A stretch of 64,000 nt of DNA from Octopus vulgaris (taxonomy: Eukaryota), in assembly GCA_951406725.2 (NCBI GenBank), contig OX597832.1, positions 40,362,001 through 40,426,000 of the forward strand. Direction: 5' to 3'. Shown here piece after piece: positions 52,832 to 64,000 of the stretch. The position numbers were made by a program, and so were the translations under genes. Under the pieces are notes generated by a model. It had not been told where the DNA came from. It made no database searches and saw only the letters and a program-made list of their open reading frames with translations. The first letter of the stretch is position 1. Each line of letters opens with the position of its first letter.

Positions 52832-52982
52832 CTTTACCTGTGTTCACCAAACATTCACTCTGAGTGAGACCACTGCTACCTTTAATTCCATTGTAGGACA
52901 CGGCTACCGATAAGGAATTTTGAAATTTATTATAGAGGTACATGTGGAACATGCTGTCGTTAGTTGTTACCCATGAAATATT
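52832..52982 (-). CDS. cytokine receptor-like exon
   Basis: TTTTTTCTAG|AAT, phase 0; NISW..SVAVSYNGIKGSSGLTQSEC; donor GTACGT, with an alternative GTAAAG donor 6 nt earlier. Confidence 0.85.
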
Positions 52983-53232
52983 CTAGAAAAAAAAAGAGAG
53001 GAAAAAAAACATATAAGGGAACATAAATCATATCATTATCATCACCATCATCCTCATCATCATCCTCATCCACATCATCATCCTCATCCTCATCCTCCTC
53101 ATCATCATTTCATATCTGTTCTCCGTACTGACATGGTTTGAATAGTTCCACAAGATCTGACAAGTCAGTGCATTGTGTCATGCGCCAAGGCCTGTTTTGG
53201 CATGGTTTCTATGGTTGGATGCCTTTCCTTAT

Positions 53233-53453
53233 CCCTTTTGTTACTAACCCGGCCAAAACCGGCTCTGGCTCTGTAGTACAAATGTCTTGTTTCCATAAGT
53301 TTTGAATTAAAATCTTCCACCAAACCTTAGTCACAATTTATGTTCCTAACACTAGCTGAATGATAACTAAGTCATTTTACTAAATTCTTTGTTATATTTA
53401 AAATAATTGAAAGAAACACAGAGCATCTCAAAATAAATACAGTAACAAAAGGG
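53233..53453. mobile_element. piggyBac-type MITE family A with TTAT target duplication
   Basis: TTAT-CCCTTTTGTTACT...AGTAACAAAAGGG-TTAT. Confidence 0.85.
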
Positions 53454-53758
53454 TTATGCTGAGCATTTTACAGTGTACTGTATGCCTCTTTCATGGCACC
53501 ACCACTAGAGAAGTTACCTTGAACCTTGCAAGATTAAAGGGCCTAAAGACAGCCCCCTTTAACAAAAGATAAGAAGGCAGACCAAGAGCTAAAATATCAG
53601 GAGGAAACAGATGATGTAGCTCTAGATACACTATGCCAGACTAAAAGACATGGTGATCACAGCTGATCATAGGTCTTTTGGATCAAGACTAATCTGGGCC
53701 TAAATAACCACAGTAAATAATAAAAAGGATATACAAACTGATTGGACGAATATCACAC

Positions 53759-53898
53759 CTTACACGATACCATGTCCAATGGTATCTCACTAACACACCA
53801 GATGATATTCTTAGAAACTCCAGGTCGCGCCGGCATCCATCTGATCCAATATTCATTATTGTGTGTCTCCACAGTAATAAAATCTGGTTTATCATTTG
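53759..53898 (-). CDS. cytokine receptor-like exon (FN3 first half)
   Basis: TTAAAG|CA..AAG|GTGTGA, phase 1-0; YWIRWMP..NIIWCV..SCK; this frame is not in the ORF track. Confidence 0.85.
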
Positions 53899-54856
53899 CT
53901 TTAATTGAAAAACAGATAATAGTTAATTGATCAATTAATTTGGGGCATGTTGTTAGTAATTTACTTGGGTCATTTTACTTATTATGACCCAAACCTACAT
54001 AATACAAAAAAAAAAAAGAAAAAGATCCATTCTAATTTGTCATGAGCTGGAATAATAGAGCTGGAAATAGTGTTGTATTCTTAGTAATTGTTTCCATCAT
54101 GACCAAATCCAAGATAATTGAAAGTAGGACCACATCAATAGTATTTTTTTTTTCTTTTGGATTCTACAGTTTTACAATTTAGAGCGGATTTCCTTTCTGT
54201 CATCACAACTATTTGGATTTAAGCACAAACCTTATAAGATATAGAACACTGCTTTTATTCAAGATGACTGAAAAGGGAACTATTAAGTGGAAATGAAGAG
54301 AATAATATAAAAAAAGAGTTGTAGAGGGATTCTGATAGATGTTATATCTTGTTATAAAATGTTTGTGATACAGGAGAAAATCTCAGTCATATTGCAAAAA
54401 ATATTGTACTTTGCAACATCTACAGTGGAACAATACATGATAATAATGGTAAAATCTGGTCAAGTGCTTGAGCAGTTCCTCTGTTGAGTGCCTGGACATT
54501 GTATTTCCATAGATTTGAAAAGGTTCTTAAAATGGAATGGCTCTTGAGTAGTATGTGAATTGACAATCAAAAGCCAATTGTGAGAGTTTCTCTCGTGATA
54601 TCTACCACAGTATATTTCGCTCTAGCAGAACATCCGCATTTACGTGGGGGATAGATGTGTGTGTGTGTGGAGGTGGGGGCGGGGGGGGGGGGTGATAAGA
54701 TCCTTCAGTTTCAATCTACCAAATACACTCATAAAAAGCTTTGGTTGACCCAAAGCTGTCACTAGTGACACCTGTCCAAAGTGCTGTGCAAAATCTCTGA
54801 ATGCAAAACGATGTACTTTTCAGAAGTTAACACCACAGCCATGCTTGCATCTATAT

Positions 54857-54916
<60 letters not shown>

Positions 54917-55214
54917 ATACACACACATGTGAGTAATAATTTCTTTGTGCAGTATCTTATTGCAAATAAAACTTGGTTCTATTTGTTCTATTTTCATAAA
55001 TCATATTTTTAACTTGGAATATTTTCTTAGGTAACGTGTTTGAGCTCTGGGTGGAGATGAACGGGGAAGTTCATAATTGTTATGTAAACATCTTCCATAC
55101 TTATGTGTTCTGTAATAGAATCACACACACATACACATACATACACATGCACACACTCATGCACACACAAACATGCAAATATATACATGTAAATATACAT
55201 TCATAGATTCATCT

Positions 55215-56062
<848 letters not shown>

Positions 56063-56178
56063 CATACATACACACATACACACACACCTACATGCACACA
56101 TCTTTCACATGCTAACACAAATACACACATATACATGTTCAAAAATTCCTTTACCTTCATACTATTGCATATGTGCGT

Positions 56179-56213
<35 letters not shown>

Positions 56214-56353
56214 CGCGCATGCGCATGTGTGTATGAGCGTACATGTGGAGGGTATATGTGCATGTATTGGTGTGCGTGTTTAACCTATGAAAAAAATGCT
56301 TCTAGAAATTGATGTTATTACCTCAAAGAAAGTCTGAAATTTAAAACACTTAC

Positions 56354-56579
56354 ATATCTTTAGTTCCGGAATATGCTGATAAGCCACTGCAGATTGCTTA
56401 CCATTTCTGAAGACTACGGAGATTTTCACATGATAATAGTCATATTTACTGAGTGAAGTCAAGTCTGCTGAAACGGCGCTTGGTGCCAATTTCATGGTAT
56501 AAGATGTGTTGGAATTGGTACCAGTCACTTGGACCTGTATATACTGAATCAGTTCTATGGGGAAGTATTCAGGAATTTG
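56354..56579 (-). CDS. cytokine receptor-like exon (FN3)
   Basis: TCTTTTTGCAG|CAA..ATAT|GTAAGT, phase 0-1; LTSLSKYDYYHVKISVVFRNGKQS. Confidence 0.9.
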
Positions 56580-56869
56580 CTGCAAAAAGAAAAAAAAAAG
56601 AAAACTGAAGAGATCTGATTTATTGTTGTTTTCAAATTAAGATGATAGTGGTGGCATACTGGCAAAAACATTGACACTGGACAGACTGCCTTGTGGTATT
56701 TAATTCCAACCCAACACATTCTGAGTTCAAAACCCACTGAGGTCTATTTTGTCTTTCATCTTTCCAAAATTGATAAAATAATGAAATACTAGTCAAGTAT
56801 TAGGAGGTTGATTTAACTGACTATACACCTCTCCAAAATTTATATATATATATATATATGTGTGTGTGT

Positions 56870-57645
56870 GAAGAAGTGTCACTCCCTAACAGTGGAAGGA
56901 ACTCATGGAAGAGGGAGATCCAGGAAGACATAGGATGAGGTGGTGAAGCATGACCTTCAAAAGTTTGGGCCTAACAGAGGCAATGATGAATGACCAAGAC
57001 CTCTGGAGATATGCTGTGATTGAGAAGATCTGGCAAGTAAAGTGAGATCACAGCCATAGCCTATACAAGTGTTGCATAACCAGCCCATTTAAAAAGTACC
57101 TTTGAATCGGCGGGCGACATGCCATGCTTGAGGTGATCTATTGAGTTCAGTAAATCAAAATCAAAATCAGAATCAAAATCAAATCATAATCAAAAATGGA
57201 AATTGTAGTTGTAGCCAATGCTAGTGCCGCCTGACTGGTTCCTGTGCTGGTGGTATGTAATAAGCACCATTCATGCATGGGTCGTTGCCAGTGCCGCCTG
57301 ACTGGCTCCCCATGCTGGTGGAATGTAAAAAGCACCATCCAAATGTGGTCAATTCCCCCTCCCCCCGGGGCTCTGACTGGCTCCTGTGCAGGTAGCACGT
57401 AAAAAACACCATCCGAATGTGGCCAATGCCAGTGCCGCCTGACTAGCTCCTGTGCTGGTGGCACGTAAAAAGCACCCACTACACTCTCGGAGTGGTGGGT
57501 GTTAGGAAGGGCATCAAGCTGTAGAAACATTGCCAGATCAGATTGAGGCCTGGTGAGGCCTCCAGGATTGCCAGTCCCCAGTCAAACCGTCCAACCCATG
57601 CCAGTATAGAAAACAGACGTTAAATGATGATGATGATGATGATGA
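56870..57645 (+). mobile_element. RTE LINE 3' fragment with (GAT)n tail
   Basis: VEGTHGRGRSRKT*DEV..NDQDLWRYAV then the 3' UTR ..CCGTCCAACCCATGC..GACGTTAAATGATGATG; many tail-only copies elsewhere in the window. Confidence 0.8.
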
Positions 57646-57865
57646 ATAATTTTACATGACAAGAATGTTATCTCATGAAGAATGTTTTTAAAATATGAAA
57701 TCTCAGTCACTGTAGCGGATGGAGATCAAAATAAGAGTATAAAGATAAAGAAAACCAGAATAACAAATGCAATTAGCAGGCTTAGACAAATAATGGTTAT
57801 GTCAAATGTAGCATCATGTAATGCTATTTTGAATTGAACTAACAAAATACCGGTGTTTAATGTAA

Positions 57866-58160
57866 TAGAGCTGTTCTTCACTCCTGCTCCAGAGCGTCGG
57901 CTGCGGGGTCACTCCAAAAAGCTCTATCTGCGACGATTTCATCTCAATCGAAGGAGAGAGGCTATCTCCATCCGGGTTGCAGATCCGTGGAATAAGCTGC
58001 CGGATGAGATAGTGAAGATGCCGACGACTGCTCGGTTCAAAGTCTCCCTTGACCAGAAATGGCCTGAACTCTTTGCATGAACACCACCCTGTACATAACT
58101 CCATGTCCCCCTACATGGCCTTGCTTTTTGCTTTTTGAGCCAAAAAATTAACTAACTAAT
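57866..58160 (+). mobile_element. young 5'-truncated CR1-type LINE
   Basis: RLRGHSKKL..ISIRVADPWNKLPDEIV..FKVSLD-stop, followed by a 3' UTR and TAAC tail; CpGs retained. Confidence 0.85.
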
Positions 58161-58685
58161 TATATATAGGGCTCTAGTTTGTGAGTATTTCTTTCACGTA
58201 TAAGCATCATCTAATTAGTAAGATATAATTACATTTAGATACAATTAAAAAATAATAAAACACTCGCATCAATTCATTCAACAATAATCTTCAAGGCAAT
58301 GCCCTACTATGGCCACAGTCTAATCATCATCGTTTAGCGTCCGCTTTCCATGCTAGCATGGGTTGGACGGTTCAACTGGGGTCTGTGAAGCCAGAAGGCT
58401 GCATCAGGCCCAGCCTGATCTGGCAATGTTTCTACGGCTGGATGCCCTTCCTAACACCAACCACTCCGTGAGTGTAGTGGGTGCTTTTTATGTGCCACCT
58501 GCACAGGTGCCAGACAGAGCTGGCAAACGGCCACGGACGGATGGTGCTGTTTACGTGCCACCGGCGAGAAATAAATAAAAGATAAGATATATATATAAGA
58601 TACGTATAGACACATCGCACATACACATACACACACATGCAAACACATACATATATGCATATGCATGCATCAGTAAAATGTTGAC

Positions 58686-58777
58686 CTTCCAGAAAACTGT
58701 TAAGCAACGGCGTGCACCATCTAAACATTTCCAGTCCAGGTAGCTGCCATTTAACGTAGGTAGGGTCATATCAGGAG
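58686..58777 (-). CDS. cytokine receptor-like exon
   Basis: TTTTGCCTTTCAG|CT..AAG|GTCAAC, phase 1-0; TPDMTLP..GSY..RCLTVFWK. Confidence 0.82.
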
Positions 58778-59072
58778 CTGAAAGGCAAAAAAAAAAAATG
58801 TAAAATAATAAATAGAAAAAAATATATATATAAAGCAGTGGGTGTATCAGAATTGTTGCAACTGATATGATAATTGTTCAGAAATCAAGGTTTGCTAAGC
58901 AAAGATTTGAATATAAAACGAGGGGATCCGAAGAGACATTTCAATATGGACTTGTCAATGAAAAAGGCTCATAATGATCCTTTTCTACATCAAATACTCA
59001 ATCCTTTCCATGTGGAGAGGATGATGTTTGTACATATTTATGTATTAGAGCATATCAATTAATGCTAGAAGC

Positions 59073-59133
<61 letters not shown>

Positions 59134-59164
59134 GTGAGAGAGAGAGTGTGTGTGTGTGATAGAG

Positions 59165-59196
<32 letters not shown>

Positions 59197-59762
59197 TGAG
59201 AGACAGAAGTTTGACAAATGATGAGAACATATTGAATTAGCAAAAATACCCCTCGTCATCTGTTGATCTAAGGATTTTCATGGTTTTAATGCCTGAAGAC
59301 AGTACTTGTTAGCCATAGGAGTATCAGTTAGAAAGAAAGGTTACAGGCCATAGTGAAAGTAGAGAGGAGTTGCATACTGAGAACAGAAACAGAAAGAGAC
59401 TGACAGAGACAGAAAGAGACTGACAGAGACAGAAAGAGACTGACAAAGACATAAAGAGACTGACAAAGACACAAAGAGACTGACAGAGACACAAAGACAT
59501 GTACAGTTCTGCCACAGAACAGCAGTTGTGTGAATGGTTTTCTTTTAAAATATGGTCTTGATATCACAATATTAATGTATATTGTACAAATATCACTTAA
59601 TATCACAGTAATATTTTTTGATACCACAAACAATATAGAACTCAAGATCATTATAAAGATACTGCCTCACATCAAAATATTGTCATAATAATGCTGAATG
59701 ATATTAATATTATTCAATATCACTAATTAGGGTGAAATTATGAAAGTATATAAGTTACTTAC

Positions 59763-59898
59763 TTATGGCCAATGTTCGGTTCTGGACAGTTACTGGGTCA
59801 CTCCAGTAAGGACTCTCAGACAATTTACACTTAAGAGTAATGGTATACAAGGTAGTTGGCATTAACTTGGCCAAGGATATTTTATCAAGTGTAGTATT
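59763..59898 (-). CDS. cytokine receptor-like exon with a degenerate WSxWS box
   Basis: TTTTTACAG|AAT..ATAA|GTAAGT, phase 0-1; LMPTTLYTITLKCKLSESPYWSDP. Confidence 0.92.
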
Positions 59899-60681
59899 CT
59901 GTAAAAAAAAACAGGAAAGATATAATACAAAGATGTTTGTAAAATATGTAAACAAGGATTAAAAAAAAAATTGCACTGTCATTTATATGGTATTTGAGCC
60001 AACATTCCAGTGTTATTGTTATGATTTTGACCCCAGGTCAACCTAAATTGAGTTGAATTATGATCAAAGGAAATTAAGCTATCATCATCTTGTCTCTTAG
60101 TAAAGCATAATGTTTGCAGGACTGCATTATTGATGACCGTAAGAACATGAGTTGAGAAATATTTGGTTGCTATTTCTAGCTGGTCAGGCAACCACATAAA
60201 TCCTCAAAGGAATGATTTTGCAGTCGATATAAAAGTACTGATCCAGAGAGGTGGGGTAAAAGGCCATGCAGTGTCTGTCCTGGCTTTTTGTATTCTGGAG
60301 GCAACATCACATGACGAATGGAATAACCTAGTCACTATAAGTAAAAAGAAGTACATGCAGTATGGGAGTACATAGTAGGCAGTCAGAGATAGTCATGTCT
60401 TTACTGGTTTTACCAAAGTATGCTGTATACAGATGTGGACGTTATAGCAATCCAACATCGTAAGGATTACAACAGGAAGAGAAAGAGTAGGGGAGAATGA
60501 GACAAATATTAAAACATCTGAGGCCAAATAAGTCAGCATCAAATCAGGAATACCAAATAAGCAGCATCAAACTGGCTGTGTCAAAGAATTTCATATCCTT
60601 TGAGGAAACCATAGGCAAAACCTCTCTTCCAGAGTCAGTAATTTAAAAAAAAAAGAAAAAGAAAAAAAAAACTATACTTAC

Positions 60682-60839
60682 TAATTCTGTTACTTGATTA
60701 TTCCATTCTGATTTATATGAAAGGTTACATATTGGAATAATATAGGGTGATAATAGATTCTGAAGGAACCATGTCCAAGAAAATGTTAAAGATGAATCAG
60801 TGGCTGTGACTTCTTTTTTGATTAAGGATTGAAGTTTTA
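60682..60839 (-). CDS. cytokine receptor-like exon (FN3 first half)
   Basis: TATTTTCTAG|TA..TTA|GTAAGT, phase 1-0; VKLQSL..DSSLTFSW..CNLSYKSEW. Confidence 0.9.
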
Positions 60840-61947
60840 CTAGAAAATACAAACACGAATATTCCATTTATACAATGTTCATATTTTATTCATAGAATAT
60901 TCATATCTTATACAATGTCAATAACCCGAAGCATCTTAAAGGAGAATAATGTCTGTTTGTTGTAGTCACCCAAGAACAGGGAGATGGGTTTGTTATATAC
61001 AACCAGAACCACGCTAACAGCTTAGGAGTGAAATTTAGGATTTCTTGATTTTCTGTAAATCAATTTTGATAAAACTTTTCCCAGCTGGTTTGCACACTAT
61101 GGCAACACCTTTGTTATGTTTTAATTATTCTGTGTAACGATCATTCTTTTTTTTTATTTCAGATTCTTCAGTTTTGGGGTGAACCACTGCTAATAGCTTT
61201 TGAATGAAAATAGCCCATCTTGACATTTTTTTTTTTCAGAAAATGAAGGGTAATGATACATATTAAGTATACATTGAGTATATATTTAACAGAAAACCAT
61301 TATAATATTAAAATATTTATTGACATAACGAATTATTTAGCCACATGAGTGCCATTTCAACTATTATCTTCAAAAACCCTATTAGTCACAGAATCTGTAA
61401 TAGTAGCAGGTTGGACTGCTTCTGCTGCAGATTTGATGGTTGCCCATAAGACATAGATTATGTGACTACACAGAGGCTCGGTAGAGTTCCCAAAGCTGTT
61501 GTAGAGTTAAAATATAAAAGAGAATGGACAAAAAAGACTTTTTTTTTTTGTTTAACAAATCTAATTAAATATCTAAATATGAAATAAGTTGTTAATAAGA
61601 TTTAAACTCATTTTTAGAGAAGAAAAATTTTAAAACTTACATCCATAATTCTGGACATATAAAGAGTATTGAACTAGATTTGAACTAGGAACCTTTGTGT
61701 CTAAAATAAGGGTGGCAATATTGCTCTTATCCCTAAGCCACAAACATATGCATCAGAAACCTAATGGTTAGACTCTTAGTTCCTAGTTCAAATCCAGTGT
61801 GGTACTATGTGCATGGGGAATAAAATATTTGATGGCAAATGGAGATCACACCAAAAATAGACACAGTACAGGTGTAAATATGAAAAATATTTTTCATCTC
61901 TAAAATGGAGGTTAGTAAAATAATAAATTATAATTGCATTAACTTAC

Positions 61948-62144
61948 CTGATGTTAAATCTGATTTGACAAAATATGTTTTATTATACTGTCCATAGAAG
62001 TTAATACCAACAACAGAAAATTGATATTGGCTGTTTCTGAGGTAGCAATTCTCGTTAACAATACAATAGAAAGGATTTGAGCATTGGCAGCTGTGCTTCA
62101 AACATGGACAGCTGTCTTCGAAGATTCTTCTTCTTTCAGGATCT
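61948..62144 (-). CDS. cytokine receptor-like exon (Cys-rich N-terminal part of the cytokine-binding module); upstream exons not found in the window
   Basis: TTACAG|A..TCAG|GTAAGT, phase 2-1; SCPCLKHSCQC..YC..NCY..YQFSVVGINFYG. Confidence 0.88.
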
Positions 62145-62664
62145 CTGTAACCAAAATAATAGCAAGGGTCATCATCATTTAACATCCACATTCCATGCTG
62201 GCATGGGTTGGATGGTCTGACAGGATTTGATGTGTCAAACTAGCATATTCCAGTGTCTGTTCTGACACGGTTTCTTTTCAGGCAGATGCCCTTCCTAACA
62301 GCAACCACTTCATAGCATGGACTGCATACTACTTTCATGCCACCTGCAACAAATCAGGTTGCCATGCAGCTCACTGAGCGACAAACCTCAGTGGGGAGTA
62401 GGGTCAGCTTCAGGCAAGTGGATACAATGAGAAGGAGGGTGGACAGTAAAGGTCCTTGCAGAGGATCTGCACAGCTACTCACAACTAGTAGGGAAAGGGG
62501 GAGAAAAAGAGAAAATGAACAGTAGGAGCTGCAAGAGATAGGTGGTTGCAATGAGGTGCCCAGATAGCCCCAGAAGGCACAAGGTGTGTTGAAGAATTGG
62601 ATTGCAAGATTTGAGTAAGCCGTGGGATGTTAACACTCCTTGTTGACATTATGACCATTATAGA

Positions 62665-63089
62665 TGTAGGAGTGGCTGTGTGGTAAGTAGCTTGTTTACC
62701 AACCACATGGCTCCAGGTTCAGTCCCATTGTGCAGCACCCTGGGCAAATGTCTTCTACTATAGTCTCAGGCTGACCAAAGCCTTGTGAGTGGATTTGGTA
62801 GATGGAAACTGAAAGAAGCCCATCATGTGTGTGTGTGTGTGTGTGTGTGCGTGCATGTGTGTGTGTGTATGTGTGTGTTTGTGTGTCTGTGTTTGCACCC
62901 CCCCAACATTGCTTGACAACCAATGCTGGTGTGTTTACGTCCCCGTAACTTAGTGGTTTGGCAAAAGAGACCAATAGAATAAGTACTAGGCTTACAAAGA
63001 ATAAGTCCTGGGGTCGATTTGTTCGACTATAGGCGGTGCACCAGCATGGCCACAGTCAAATGACTGAAACAAATAAAAGAGTAAAAGAG
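62665..63089 (+). mobile_element. SINE S1
   Basis: Full-length family match with (GTAAAAGA) tail. Confidence 0.85.
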
Positions 63090-63536
63090 CGAAGAGTCAC
63101 TCTGAACTTTTGAAGACTTGTGGAACAAAGGAATCCCTCAAATAGGGAAGGTTGGCGACAGGAAGAACATCCTGTCATAAAATCCTGTCTTAAGGATATC
63201 CCCATCCGACCCATGCGAACATAGAAAAATAAGCAACACAAACAAATGAATGAATGAAGTGTGACAACATCACAGAGTGATATTCATTGCACTGAGCATA
63301 ATAAGGACCAGTGTGGTGTTTATACACAGTGCTTGCTGCTTATGCAATGTTGTTTCACAAGTACATATCAATATAAATTAATATCCGGTATAAAACAGCC
63401 ATCTAAGTATCATATTTAATGCATGTATTCAAATTCAAGAATGTTGCTGGTTGCAAGTACATGTCATAGAAAAGGTCCGAAAACACTGAAATGTGTCTGG
63501 CATTCTCACCAGTTGCGATTGGGCAATTTTTCATTT

Positions 63537-63750
63537 TCTTCCTCTATTTATTTCATTTTTAACACAACATCTCCATAAAATTTCCCAGTACAAATACAGC
63601 ACTAACTGGCCTATGAACAGTGACTATACATTTAGTATGAGATATCTTCCTCTATTTATTTCATTTTTAACACAACATCTCCATAAAATTTCCCAGTACA
63701 AATACAGCACTAACTGGCCTATGAACAGTGACTATACATTTAGTATGAGA
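63537..63750. repeat. perfect tandem duplication, period 108 bp
   Basis: 63537-63642 equals 63645-63750. Confidence 0.95.
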
Positions 63751-64000
63751 CATAGATGTTATAAATTAACATAATTTAACATAAACTAATCAAAGACATA
63801 AATTAATATAATTTAACCGCTTAGTATTTAAACTGGCCACATCCAGCCAAAATATTCTAATGGTTCTATCTTCAAACTGGCCAGATTTGGCCTCTCACAC
63901 CAACCCTACAATATTCTAATAATTAACAGTTACCTCGTCAAGATCTCATAGCTACAAAATAATGAATGATCAATTCAAAACAATGTGAATAAATAAGAAT

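Overview
AT-rich, microsatellite- and SINE-dense animal DNA. The repeat landscape (very long TA/CA/AGAC arrays, tRNA-derived SINEs, RTE and Penelope-like elements) points to a coleoid cephalopod such as Octopus; this is inference. Two protein-coding genes could be built by hand with consistent splice phases. (1) A two-exon, 339-aa RDH11/12/13-like short-chain dehydrogenase on + (30601-31001, 34731-35349). (2) The last ten exons (~590 aa) of a gp130/domeless-like type I cytokine receptor on - (62144 down to 40955); its 5' end lies beyond the window and it appears to stop without a transmembrane helix. The rest is transposon debris: Naiad-type Penelope elements, RTE, CR1, RLE-type LINEs, mariner/maT, hAT, piggyBac-type MITEs and several SINE families. 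The most striking non-coding signal is about nine hammerhead-ribozyme motifs, both intact and core-variant. They sit in Penelope pseudo-LTRs, in 200-400 bp non-coding modules inserted into (TA)n arrays, and in foldback palindromes, two of which bracket the last receptor exon. Repeat boundaries are approximate; exon boundaries were read at base level.
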